Below the pieces are notes generated by a model. The model made no database searches. It was not told the origin of the DNA and was given only the letters and a program-made list of their open reading frames with translations. From sequence record DRR723986_4700: 42,779 bases of DNA; one strand, written 5' to 3'. The translations under genes were made by a program, and so were the position numbers. This document shows positions 1 to 9,042 of the stretch, piece after piece (within the stretch, counting starts at the first letter, position 1; each line of letters begins with the position of its first letter).

Positions 1-739
1 CATCAACCGCGTGCGCAAGGTGATGGCGCCGCGCAACGGCTATTCAGACTGGGAGATCACCCAGATGCTCGCCAACGCCATGGGTGCAGGCTGGACCTAT
101 AGCCATCCGTCCGAAATCATGGCTGAAATCGCTGCAACCACGCCCTCCTTCGCCGGCGTGACCTACGATCTGCTGGAGGAAAAAGGGTCGGTTCAATGGC
201 CCTGCAACGAAGCTTCGCCGGACGGCACGCCGCTCATGCATGTCGATGGTTTCGTGCGTGGCAAGGGCCGGTTCATTGTCACCGAGTATGTGGCGACGGA
301 CGAGAAATCCGGGCCGCGCTTCCCGCTGCTTCTGACCACTGGCCGTATCCTGTCCCAGTACAATGTCGGTGCTCAGACCCGGCGAACCGACAACGTTATC
401 TGGCACGATCAGGATCTTCTGGAAATCCACCCGCATGACGCGGAAAACCGCGGACTGAAGGAAGGCGACTGGGTGAAGCTGGCATCGCGTTCCGGAGAAA
501 CCACCTTGCGGGCCCATCTCACCGACAGGGTCAGCCCCGGCGTCGTCTACACCACCTTCCACCATCCGGACACCCAGGCGAATGTCATCACGACCGACTT
601 CTCCGACTGGGCCACAAATTGTCCGGAATACAAGGTGACGGCGGTTCAGGTCAGCCTGTCCAACGGACCGACCAACTGGCAGGAAGACTATGCCGCCCAG
701 GCAGCTATGTCCCGGCGGATCCTGCCGGCTGCGGAGTAA
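1..739 (+). CDS. fdsA: Formate dehydrogenase alpha (molybdopterin) subunit, C-terminal part; 5' end outside the window
   Basis: Frame is open from the window edge. Molybdopterin dinucleotide-binding domain motifs LLTTGRILSQYNVGAQTRRT, EIHPHDAENRG and TNCPEYKVTAV. Followed by fdhD and fdsD. Confidence 0.93.
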   Translation, partial: INRVRKVMAPRNGYSDWEITQMLANAMGAGWTYSHPSEIMAEIAATTPSFAGVTYDLLEEKGSVQWPCNEASPDGTPLMHVDGFVRGKGRFIVTEYVATDEKSGPRFPLLLTTGRILSQYNVGAQTRRTDNVIWHDQDLLEIHPHDAENRGLKEGDWVKLASRSGETTLRAHLTDRVSPGVVYTTFHHPDTQANVITTDFSDWATNCPEYKVTAVQVSLSNGPTNWQEDYAAQAAMSRRILPAAE

Positions 740-745
740 CTGGTG

Positions 746-1564
746 ATGGATCGCCCGCTCTCCCGCTCCATGCCCGGCCGTGCCGTCCACGCGGACGGCC
801 AGGTGGCGGTTGCGAGAAGCCTTCCGGAGGAAAGCCCTGTAGCGCTCGTCTTCGATGGCACCACGCAGGCGGTGATGATGGCAACGCCGGGCGATATTGC
901 CGACTTCGCCGTCGGTTTTGCCCTGAGCGAAGGCATCATCAGCTCGATCACCGAAATCGAAGCCTTCGAGGAGGTCTCTCATGACCGCGGCATAGAGGCT
1001 CGACTTTGGTTACGCGCAGACCGCTCGAAACGGCTTCTTGCCCGCCGCCGTGCCATGGCCGGTCCGGTTGGTTGCGGCTTGTGTGGCATCGAAAGTCTGG
1101 ATCAGGCTCTGCGGCCTTTGCCGAAGGTCGACGCAACAACAGTCCTGTCCCGCCTGGATGTGGCCAGAGCGACCGATGCGCTCAGCCGGCTGCAGCCGCT
1201 TCGGGACCAGACGCGCGCCACCCACGCCGCCGGTTTCCTCCAACCGGGCAAGGGCGTGGTCGTGGCGCGCGAGGATGTTGGCCGCCACAATGCGCTCGAC
1301 AAGCTGGTCGGCGCCCTTGCCCAAGCCGGGACCGACCCTGCAACCGGCGCTTTCGTCCTCACCAGCAGGCTGTCGGTGGAACTGGTGCAGAAATGCGCCT
1401 TTGCCGGTTGCCCGGCCCTGATTGCCGCCTCGGCCCCGACGTCGACCGCACTCCGCCTCGCCGACGAGGCCGGCATAACGGTCGCCGCATTTTCAAGGGA
1501 CGGCGGCTTTGATCTTTACGCGCATCCAGAGCGCGTCTTATCCGGAGTTGCAGATGTCGCCTGA
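746..1564 (+). CDS. fdhD: Formate dehydrogenase accessory sulfurtransferase FdhD/FdsC
   Basis: VMMATP, GCGLCG, HAAG and REDVGRHNALDKL motifs of the FdhD family. Start is either GTG 743 or ATG 746. Confidence 0.93.
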   Translation: MDRPLSRSMPGRAVHADGQVAVARSLPEESPVALVFDGTTQAVMMATPGDIADFAVGFALSEGIISSITEIEAFEEVSHDRGIEARLWLRADRSKRLLARRRAMAGPVGCGLCGIESLDQALRPLPKVDATTVLSRLDVARATDALSRLQPLRDQTRATHAAGFLQPGKGVVVAREDVGRHNALDKLVGALAQAGTDPATGAFVLTSRLSVELVQKCAFAGCPALIAASAPTSTALRLADEAGITVAAFSRDGGFDLYAHPERVLSGVADVA

Positions 1565-1757
1565 AAAGATGGTCTATATGGCCAACCAGATCGCCACCTT
1601 CTTCAAGACCCAGCCAGGCATTGACCAGGCGGAGAAGGTTGCCAGTCACCTGAAGGATTTTTGGGAACCGCGCATGCGCGACCAGTTGAGAGCCCATGTG
1701 GAAGCCGGCGGTGCAGGTCTCGACGAGGTCGTCCTGGAAAGCGTGCGCAGGCTCTGA
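1554..1757 (+). CDS. fdsD: NAD-dependent formate dehydrogenase delta subunit (67 aa)
   Basis: MSPEKMVYMANQIATFF...VASHLKDFWEPRMR is the FdsD signature. GGAG precedes ATG 1554; overlaps the fdhD stop. Confidence 0.9.
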   Translation: MSPEKMVYMANQIATFFKTQPGIDQAEKVASHLKDFWEPRMRDQLRAHVEAGGAGLDEVVLESVRRL

Positions 1758-1814
1758 CGGGAGGGTTTCCCTCTTCTTCGCCACGATACTGAAATTCGGA
1801 AAATCTGCCGCTGC

Positions 1815-1954
1815 GAATCTGCGGCCCATCCTTCGAGACGGCCCTGATGGTCCTCCTCAGGATGAGGTCGAAAGAGAGATTTCGGCCTCGCAACAAATAC
1901 AACCTCATCCTGAGGAAGCGCAAAGCGCTGTCTCGAAGGATGGGCCACAAATTC
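1815..1954. repeat. REP-like inverted-repeat doublet between convergent fdsD and qhpE
   Basis: Arm 1823-1868 reverse-complements to ACCTCATCCTGAGGAG-gaccatcagggcc-GTCTCGAAGGATGGGCC. Arm 1902-1946 reads ACCTCATCCTGAGGAA-gcgcaaagcgct-GTCTCGAAGGATGGGCC. Outer parts are conserved and the inner hairpins differ. Confidence 0.85.
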
Positions 1955-1974
1955 CGGCCTCTTTTCAAATAAGA

Positions 1975-2652
1975 CTACCCGCCGGCAGATAACCCGGCCG
2001 CTCCGCTGCCCGCAAGCGTCCCATCCCCGCGCCGTTCCCGCCCCCGGTATCGGACAAAGGTCTCCAGCCCGACCAGGGCATTCCTTTCAGACCACTGAAC
2101 CGATCTCGCCAGCAGTCCGGCGAGATGCGCTGCCGCCGCGCTGGCGCCGCGAATATCCTCTCGTCCCGCCGCGATCGGGCAAGCGCCATACGTTGCTTGC
2201 GGCAGGTCCAGCCGTGATAGGTCATTCGGCCTGCAGCGGGCATCCCCCTGCACTGACAGGACGCCTGTAATTGCCGCCGGATAGGCGTTCCCACCGCGCG
2301 CCGGAGCAGAACCGACAATCAGACTGCCCGCCTGCTGTAGTCGAGCCACTGCCACGGACATCTCAACAGAAGATCGCGCCATGCCGAAGGCACACAGGAC
2401 AATGTCGGGTGGATCCTCAGCCAGCCAGCTCAAGGCAGCGCAGATAGCGTCAAGCGTGGTCGAAAGCTGCCCCGGAAACACAACGGCGTTGAGAAGCAAA
2501 ACATCTTCCGCATGAGTGCACACGGTCTGCGCCATCGCCTCCGCATGCCCTGAGGCAAGTTCAGCGCCGTCCGGCCTGCAGAACCATTCCTGTCCAGCCA
2601 GGCCCGGCCAGTCACCCGGCAAGGCACCGTCTATCAGCCCGACCCTTATCAA
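1975..2652 (-). CDS. qhpE: Subtilisin-like serine protease QhpE (removes the QhpC leader)
   Basis: S8-like triad contexts GLIDG, SGHAEAM and RGASAAAA, plus YPAA and VQGDARC. TTG start overlaps the qhpF stop. Last gene of the qhp cluster. Confidence 0.85.
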   Translation of the reverse strand: MIRVGLIDGALPGDWPGLAGQEWFCRPDGAELASGHAEAMAQTVCTHAEDVLLLNAVVFPGQLSTTLDAICAALSWLAEDPPDIVLCAFGMARSSVEMSVAVARLQQAGSLIVGSAPARGGNAYPAAITGVLSVQGDARCRPNDLSRLDLPQATYGACPIAAGREDIRGASAAAAHLAGLLARSVQWSERNALVGLETFVRYRGRERRGDGTLAGSGAAGLSAGG

Positions 2653-4391
2653 ACCCCGACCTCTCTAGCTTGCAGCACCAGCTCACTGTCAAAGGTCCCA
2701 TACCGTTCCGCGTCCCCATGCGTGACGACAAGGCGGGTACGATCACCAAACCGGGTATCGATCCGGGTCATGATCCGTGCCACCCGGTCCGCATCAACCT
2801 CCGAAAGGCTTTCATCCAGGATCAGCACTTGGAATGGCTGCAACAGGGCGCGGGCAAGGCACAGCCGCTGACGTTCTCCGCCGGAAAGATCAAGCCCCCC
2901 CTCGCCAAGAGCCGTTTCAAGTCCCTTGCCAGAAAACCGGTCCTCCAACTCCACGAATTGCAGAACGGCATACATGTCTTCCTCGGCTGCCTCAGAAGAC
3001 CCGAGACAGAGATTGTCCGCCACCGTTCCGGAAAAGACATGCCCCTTTTGCGGCACGAGGGCGACAACCGTGCGGAGATCTTGAAGAGAGAGATGACGTA
3101 AGTCCGTACCATCCAGAAGGATCGTTCCGGCCTTCGGGTCGTCATGGCGTTGAAGCAGCGACAGAAGCGACGTCTTGCCGATGCCGGAAGGACCGCTCAG
3201 CCGGATTTTCTGTCCTTTTGGGACGATGAGGCTAACATTCTCAAACAACGGCACGCCGCCATCCGGTGCATAGGCAACACCTGCCAGCACCAATTCACCA
3301 CCACCGGCAGTCAGTGGCACAGGTGATACCGGGTCCTGGACATCCGGTACGGCACTCATGATCCGGTCGAGCCGGTCGAGCGCCGCTTTCATGCGCGCCT
3401 GTCCGTGCCAGAGGGAAATGAGCGACTGCATCGGCCCGATCAGGAAGGCGAGATAGGCGGTGAAGGCGATCAGGGACCCGAGCGGCATGGTGCCGTCGAT
3501 CACCGCGAGCCCGCCAACTAGAAAAACCGCACCACGCAGGATCGCCGTCAGCACCATCGGCACCGCGCGCGTTACTTCGTTCCACATCTGCGCAGACATC
3601 AATGCTGCGACAAGGCCCTGTTGCCGTGCTTCGATCCGTTTTGCAGCAGCTCCGGTCGCATTTAACGCCCGCAGCGCGGAAAGCCCGGTGATCGTCTCCG
3701 CTAGCCCGGATGCGAGTACACCGCGCGCTTGCCGTACCTCAGTTGCCTTCGCCTGGGTGACGGGTCGGGCGCGCGCGAAAAACAACAGTTCGACCGGTGC
3801 CAGCGCCAGTGCAAGAAGAGCCAGCTTGGGCGCCAGCACAAACAACATGACCAGGCCGCCGACCAGTCTCAACAGGCTGCCACCGCCGTTCACCAGCACG
3901 GCAAACGTGAATTGCTGTACTTCCCCGGCATCGCCATCAAGGCGGCTCATGAGTTCGCCGATGGATTGTTTGGCCTGCCAGCGGGGCGACTGGGCAAGGA
4001 TCCTGTCGACGGCCGAACGGCGCAGGTCCTTCAGCAGCCTTGCCGAAAACCTCAGGTGCAGCAAGGAATTCAGTGCGCCCAGCGCCAGTGCCGCCAAGCC
4101 AACCCCAAAAAGGATGGCCACAAAAACCACAAGTGCGTGCTTGTCGCCGGCCATCAGGCCCCGGTCGATGACAAGCTTGGTCAGGTAAGGCGGCACAAGC
4201 GCCGCACCTGCCGCCACAAGGGACAACAGGAACAGCATTGCCAGCGGCCAGCGGTATGGCGCGACCAGCGGCACCAGCCACGCCGCCTCACGGGTACCGA
4301 AGACCCGGTTGAACAACCCACGCAGCAGCGAAGGCCGGGTCGACATGGTCCCGGCCCGGTCTGCTCCTCTCAAGGAAACTGCCTGTTTCAT
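2649..4391 (-). CDS. qhpF: Fused ABC exporter QhpF (TMD plus NBD)
   Basis: Multi-TM N-terminal domain, Walker A GPSGIGKT, signature LSGGERQR, Walker B LILDE. AAGGAA upstream of the ATG. qhp context. Confidence 0.88.
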   Translation of the reverse strand: MKQAVSLRGADRAGTMSTRPSLLRGLFNRVFGTREAAWLVPLVAPYRWPLAMLFLLSLVAAGAALVPPYLTKLVIDRGLMAGDKHALVVFVAILFGVGLAALALGALNSLLHLRFSARLLKDLRRSAVDRILAQSPRWQAKQSIGELMSRLDGDAGEVQQFTFAVLVNGGGSLLRLVGGLVMLFVLAPKLALLALALAPVELLFFARARPVTQAKATEVRQARGVLASGLAETITGLSALRALNATGAAAKRIEARQQGLVAALMSAQMWNEVTRAVPMVLTAILRGAVFLVGGLAVIDGTMPLGSLIAFTAYLAFLIGPMQSLISLWHGQARMKAALDRLDRIMSAVPDVQDPVSPVPLTAGGGELVLAGVAYAPDGGVPLFENVSLIVPKGQKIRLSGPSGIGKTSLLSLLQRHDDPKAGTILLDGTDLRHLSLQDLRTVVALVPQKGHVFSGTVADNLCLGSSEAAEEDMYAVLQFVELEDRFSGKGLETALGEGGLDLSGGERQRLCLARALLQPFQVLILDESLSEVDADRVARIMTRIDTRFGDRTRLVVTHGDAERYGTFDSELVLQAREVGV

Positions 4392-4418
4392 CCGTGTTCC
4401 TTGTTTGCAACCTCCCCA

Positions 4419-4537
4419 TTGTCATCCCCGCGAAATCGGGTACCCCGTAATCGCTGACAATGAGACAGGAGTGCTTCAGTCGCCACCGGGAATACCGGGT
4501 CCCGATTTGCCGCTGATGCGGCAAATCGGGACGACAA
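4419..4537. repeat. REP/REPIN-like doublet inside the qhp operon (between qhpB and qhpF)
   Basis: TTGTCATCCCCGCGAAATCGGGTACCCC at 4419-4446. Perfect 15-bp stem GTCCCGATTTGCCGC-tgat-GCGGCAAATCGGGAC at 4499-4532. Outer ends TTGTC...GACAA are inverted. Confidence 0.75.
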
Positions 4538-4565
4538 CCGAGGGTCTGGCAGGTTCGGTTCTCTC

Positions 4566-5657
4566 CTAGCTTCCGGTGCTGATCACCTGCATCGTACCGG
4601 CGGCCATGTCGCCGCCCGAAGGCAGGAGGATTTCGCCGATACGTTCCAGGGTTTCCGCATCGTAGACGCCAATGTCGTCATTGGTGCCGCCGACATAGAT
4701 CTCCTTGCCGTCGGACGAGATGTTCACACAGTAATAGGTGTGTGGCAGGTCGACCCGCTTGATCAGCTCTTTCTTCTCGACATCATGCTTGGAAAGCTGG
4801 GTGTAGACACCGTAAAGCTTGCTCTTGTCGTTGGGGTCACGCACCGCGGAGAACATGATCACTTCCAGGCTGGCGAAATCCTGGATATCGCTTTCCCCAG
4901 TCGTCAGATCGACCGACTGGTACCCCCAGACGAAATCGGCAATCTCGCTCATCGACTCGTCGGTGAACTTGGCGGCCGAATAAAGCAGCATGAACTCGTC
5001 TGCCTGTGTACCGATAGGCCAGAAGGCAAGGACGTCCGGCGGAGAATAGGTCGGCCGGTCCCAGGTGGCATTCTTGATCTTGATGGAGATTTCGCCGGTC
5101 TTCGGGTCAATCGCATAGATCTCATGCCCGGCGGCATAGAGCATGCCGTCACGCCCGGTTGCCATCACCGTCATGCGGCGGGGACTCGGGAAAGTGCGGG
5201 CCGGTTTGGCGTCAAGACCGGCTGCTGTCTCATAGACCGCGATTTCCGGTTCAAGAACCTCGTATCGGTCGGCAAGCAGCCGAACCGGATTGCGCACCGT
5301 GTAGACCTCCTTGCCATCCTTGGAGACGGCCAGCGAGGCGATCGACTTGCGCCGGATGTCGCTTTCTGACTGATGCGCGGAAAACACCGTCTCGCAGGTG
5401 GATAGGTCAATACCGAACACATCCTCCCAGCGATTGCCGAGGATATAGGCGATCTTGTTGTCCGGCGAGACGACAATGACACCGGGGATCAGGTTGAAGT
5501 CGAGCTTGCAGTCGGTCTCTATCGTCCGTGCCTTGGCGTCGATCACGTAAAGCCGGTCGGGCTTTGCGGCCGTGACAATCAGATCCTTGGCGAGGGCTGG
5601 CAGAGCGGTAATGCTCAAGGCCAGGGCTGCGCTTGCCGCAGCAATAAGGTTTCGCAT
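4566..5657 (-). CDS. qhpB: Quinohemoprotein amine dehydrogenase beta subunit (beta-propeller)
   Basis: Sec signal ending ALA-K. KPDRLYVID, PRRMT, PDVLAFW, LPHTYYCVNISSDGKEIYVGG and GGDM match the QHNDH beta subunit. Confidence 0.92.
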   Translation of the reverse strand: MRNLIAAASAALALSITALPALAKDLIVTAAKPDRLYVIDAKARTIETDCKLDFNLIPGVIVVSPDNKIAYILGNRWEDVFGIDLSTCETVFSAHQSESDIRRKSIASLAVSKDGKEVYTVRNPVRLLADRYEVLEPEIAVYETAAGLDAKPARTFPSPRRMTVMATGRDGMLYAAGHEIYAIDPKTGEISIKIKNATWDRPTYSPPDVLAFWPIGTQADEFMLLYSAAKFTDESMSEIADFVWGYQSVDLTTGESDIQDFASLEVIMFSAVRDPNDKSKLYGVYTQLSKHDVEKKELIKRVDLPHTYYCVNISSDGKEIYVGGTNDDIGVYDAETLERIGEILLPSGGDMAAGTMQVISTGS

Positions 5658-5693
5658 CGGGTTTCTCCGAATATCTTGAAGGGCGTCTGCCGG

Positions 5694-6026
5694 TCAGGTT
5701 TCGCTGTCGGACGGGAAAACCGTTCCGAGCGAGCGCCAGTCCTTGCCGGCATTGTCGGCATCGGCGTTCCAGTCCCGATAGGAATTGATGGTGTCCGGCA
5801 CCTGGGCCGGCCACCAGCAAGGGTCCGAGCAGCCGTAAAGATCGGCCTCCATCGGTTGGCACAGGGCGGCGACACCGCCGAACGGGTCGACTTCCCAGCC
5901 GGGATCGAGGGTCGATGTGCAGCCAACCACAACGGTCTGCATGGCCCGCACTTCGTCCATCTTGTCGGTTTCGACCGCAGTGACGACGCGGTCGGCTTTC
6001 TGGTTCAGGGGTTTCAAGTGTCTCAT
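5694..6026 (-). CDS. qhpC: QHNDH gamma subunit precursor QhpC (28-aa leader plus core with CTQ and three Cys-Asp/Glu thioethers), 110 aa
   Basis: Real start ATG 6026 (ATGA overlap with the qhpD stop). Core [13 protein letters not shown]...[24 protein letters not shown] keeps all four Cys, the acceptor Glu/Asp residues and the CTQ Trp. Confidence 0.95.
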   Translation of the reverse strand: MRHLKPLNQKADRVVTAVETDKMDEVRAMQTVVVGCTSTLDPGWEVDPFGGVAALCQPMEADLYGCSDPCWWPAQVPDTINSYRDWNADADNAGKDWRSLGTVFPSDSET

Positions 6027-7459
6027 TTGCCGAATGCCCTCCGAGGCATGATGTGATCCGAAAAGAAAGCCGGAGCGCCGGCGATCAACTCGCCATAGAC
6101 GCCGATGCCGAAATCCACCCAGTCGCGCATGAGGTCGCAATAGTGGTAGGTCGGCTTCATCGGATCGGAGAAATGGGCGTAACTCTCGTGGTAGCAGCCA
6201 CCCGCGCAGATGTTGCGGATGCGGCAGGTGGAGCAGCCCTTGTCGGTGCGATCCGCCCGGTCCTCGATGAAACGGGCGAGCTTCTGCTTTTCGATGCCGC
6301 CGTCGACCGTGCCATAGGTCTCCATGTCGGACCCGGTGAACCGATGGCAGAGATTGAGACCGCCCTCGTGATCAACCGCCAGCATGCCGAGCCCTGCCCC
6401 GCAAGGCAGTGCCTTTGACCGGCCTTCGTAAAGGTCGTTCATGAGCTGGTGCATGTTGGAAAAGCCGATGTTGCGGCCAAGAAGCGCTTCATCGCGGTAG
6501 TGCCGTCCAAGACGTTTCATCTCGTCGAACACTGTCTGAAGCTCGTCGCCGGTCAGATTGAACGGCGCGATGGGACCGGAGGTAACCGGCGAGAAGCCGA
6601 CTTCATGAAAGCCGATTTCGTTTTTCAGGTGATCCCAGATCTCGTAGACGGCAGTCACGCCATGGGTCAGCGTCACTCGCCCGCCGACCGGGCGGGAAGT
6701 GTAGCGTTCCAGCAGCATCCTGGTCTTGGAGGCAACGACGTTGTAGGTGCCCTTGCCACCGACTGTCTTGCGGTTCTTGTCGTGAAGCGCCTTCGGCCCG
6801 TCCATCGAAACGGTCAGACCGAACCGGTGGGCATTGAGCCAGTCGACGATCTCCTCGGTCAGAAGCGTCGCGTTGGTCGTCAGGGTAAAGTCGACACGCT
6901 TGCCGAGATTGCCGAAGCGGTCTTCTGCGTAGGCAACGACTTCCTTGATCAGGGCCAGGTTGCTGAGCGGTTCGCCGCCGAAGAAGACAACATTGTAGCT
7001 GTCCCGGTCGGGGCTTTCCGCCAGCAATAGTTCGATCGAGCGCTTCGCCGTTTCGAACGCCATGCGCCGGCCCTTGGACGGCGTATCCAGATCTTCCTTG
7101 TAGCAATAGGTGCAGGAGAGATTGCAGCCCGTGTTGACGTTGAGAACGATCGTCGTCAGCGGGAAGTTCTGGATATGGATAGGCGGCCGTTCCGCCCGTG
7201 GCGGGCGGCCGTCGGTGATGATGTCGAGATCGAGAAACGAACGGATCCGTTCTGTTACCTCGAGCGGATCGACCCGGCCGCTGAACCGTTCCCGGACATC
7301 GGCTTCGGAAACCCTGGTCCGGTCTCTGAAGAGGTCGATCACGTCATTATCGAGCCGGTCGATCTCGAACAGAGATGTCGTCGGCACGTGGAAGAGCAGA
7401 TGGCGTCCGTCCACTTCGACCCGGTGCGCATTCTGCGGCTGAAAAAAGAGATATCCCAT
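6023..7459 (-). CDS. qhpD: Radical SAM/SPASM thioether-forming maturase QhpD
   Basis: CNLSCTYC radical SAM motif, [12 protein letters not shown] cysteines ([31 protein letters not shown]) and an N-terminal RRE-like region. Confidence 0.94.
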   Translation of the reverse strand: MGYLFFQPQNAHRVEVDGRHLLFHVPTTSLFEIDRLDNDVIDLFRDRTRVSEADVRERFSGRVDPLEVTERIRSFLDLDIITDGRPPRAERPPIHIQNFPLTTIVLNVNTGCNLSCTYCYKEDLDTPSKGRRMAFETAKRSIELLLAESPDRDSYNVVFFGGEPLSNLALIKEVVAYAEDRFGNLGKRVDFTLTTNATLLTEEIVDWLNAHRFGLTVSMDGPKALHDKNRKTVGGKGTYNVVASKTRMLLERYTSRPVGGRVTLTHGVTAVYEIWDHLKNEIGFHEVGFSPVTSGPIAPFNLTGDELQTVFDEMKRLGRHYRDEALLGRNIGFSNMHQLMNDLYEGRSKALPCGAGLGMLAVDHEGGLNLCHRFTGSDMETYGTVDGGIEKQKLARFIEDRADRTDKGCSTCRIRNICAGGCYHESYAHFSDPMKPTYHYCDLMRDWVDFGIGVYGELIAGAPAFFSDHIMPRRAFGK

Positions 7460-7476
7460 GATTACAAACTCCTGTT

Positions 7477-9042
7477 TCAGCGGATCGGGGGATCGTTCCA
7501 GCGCTGCACCGTGACGATGAGCTGACCTTCGCCGGTCGCCTCGCCGCTGGTTGCCAGCACCTTCAGATTGCCCGCATTGTTGGTGGAGAACGGGCGCTCG
7601 ATATTCGGACCTGCAACGCCAGGCATGAAGATGCCGAGCGTTTCATCCATCACGCCTGCATATTCCGTATCTTTCAGGTGCTCCGCCTCTTCGTTGAAGG
7701 GCGCAACCGACCAGGATGCCGGCACGGAGCCGATGCGGATATCGTCCTCGGTCCCCGGCTGACCGTCCGGACCATTCCAGTAACCGACCGCATCGAAGCG
7801 GGCGGGAACCTTGCCGGCAGACCCGCCACCGCCGCCGACACGGGCAACGGCAAAGGCCGGCTCCACCTTCAGGCTGTCGACATGGCTATAGACCGCCAGC
7901 GTCTCATCCGTGGTGGCGTCTCCGGACGCAACCGTGATCAGGCCATCGGTATCCGCCGCGGGAGAGACTTCAATTGCGGATCCATAGGCGTTGGTAGCGC
8001 CGCCGGTGGCTTCAAGCGCACCGCTGAGGGCAACATCGCCAAGCCCTGTGCCGACGATCTGGACCGTAGCGCTGCTACCGGCCGGAACCGTGGACGGAAC
8101 GACGCCGACGATCGCAGGAGCACCGCCAGCCCTGGCCGCCTTGAACGCGCCACCTAGGCTGTCTTCAGCATGCAGGAACTGGCGGCCGCTCAGGCTGCTG
8201 CCATCTTCGGAGATCGCCAGGATCTGCCGGTACTTCGTTCCGCCAATGTCCAGGTTGGCGCGCCATTCGTAGCCGGTATAGACGTTCAGCTTGCCCTCAA
8301 GGGTCAGCTCCTCGCCGCCGACGGTCATCAGCGTACCGGAAACCGTATAGGGCTGGCTGTCACCGGAAACCTCAAGCGTGCCATAGGCCTGGCCCTTCTC
8401 CGGCAGGCTGGTTGCGAACACCCAGCTTCCAGCGGCCTCCGGCTTCTGTGCCTCCAGCCACGTGTTCCAGGCGTCGGACTCGAGCGGATAGCGCTCAGCC
8501 AATAGCGGCACCACTTCCTCGCGGGCCAGTTTCAGCCATTCACGATCACGCCCGAGCGCCTGATATTCCAGGGTTGGCCATTGACCGACATGGAAATCGA
8601 TATGGAGCGCCCATTCCTCCTGGGTGCGCCGCTGAAGCTTGAAACGAGCGGCTGAATGGCAACGGGAGCACATTTCGCCGAGCGGAGCCTCGACCTCTTC
8701 CATATGCGCAGGTTCACGTTCCAGAACGTAACGCAGCCCTTCAGTCTCGCTGGGGGCAAGACCTTGCGTGTCCGATAGGTAGTGCACCAGTTCGCTCTGC
8801 ACGGCAGGCTCTATTTCCATGCCATGGAAGAGCCGCATGCGCACGATGGTCATCAACCAGCCTTCCGGCGTCTTTCGCTGACCGCTGATGCGGCTGAGCG
8901 CACCGTTGTCGTCGGCCATGTGACAGCCGCTGCAATTTTCTTCCAGAAGCGTGGCACCGTCCTGCGCCCCCGCCGGAAGAGGCATCAGAAGCATGAGCCC
9001 GGCAAGGCCGGCCAGATGCCCCTTTCGCATTCGTTTGATCAT
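7477..9042 (-). CDS. qhpA: QHNDH alpha subunit (di-heme cytochrome c)
   Basis: Signal peptide, two heme motifs CSGCH and CSRCH, RISGQRKTPEGWLMTIVRM, C-terminal TNNAGNL...LIVTVQRWNDPPIR. Confidence 0.95.
   Translation of the reverse strand: MIKRMRKGHLAGLAGLMLLMPLPAGAQDGATLLEENCSGCHMADDNGALSRISGQRKTPEGWLMTIVRMRLFHGMEIEPAVQSELVHYLSDTQGLAPSETEGLRYVLEREPAHMEEVEAPLGEMCSRCHSAARFKLQRRTQEEWALHIDFHVGQWPTLEYQALGRDREWLKLAREEVVPLLAERYPLESDAWNTWLEAQKPEAAGSWVFATSLPEKGQAYGTLEVSGDSQPYTVSGTLMTVGGEELTLEGKLNVYTGYEWRANLDIGGTKYRQILAISEDGSSLSGRQFLHAEDSLGGAFKAARAGGAPAIVGVVPSTVPAGSSATVQIVGTGLGDVALSGALEATGGATNAYGSAIEVSPAADTDGLITVASGDATTDETLAVYSHVDSLKVEPAFAVARVGGGGGSAGKVPARFDAVGYWNGPDGQPGTEDDIRIGSVPASWSVAPFNEEAEHLKDTEYAGVMDETLGIFMPGVAGPNIERPFSTNNAGNLKVLATSGEATGEGQLIVTVQRWNDPPIR

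Noticed and set aside
1815-4537. CRISPR array from the palindromic repeats
   Set aside because: The repeats are inverted doublets, not regularly spaced direct repeats, and there are no cas genes.
1975-7459. Novel radical-SAM RiPP (ranthipeptide) cluster
   Set aside because: The precursor, rSAM, protease and ABC exporter are the known QhpC/D/E/F components of QHNDH biogenesis.
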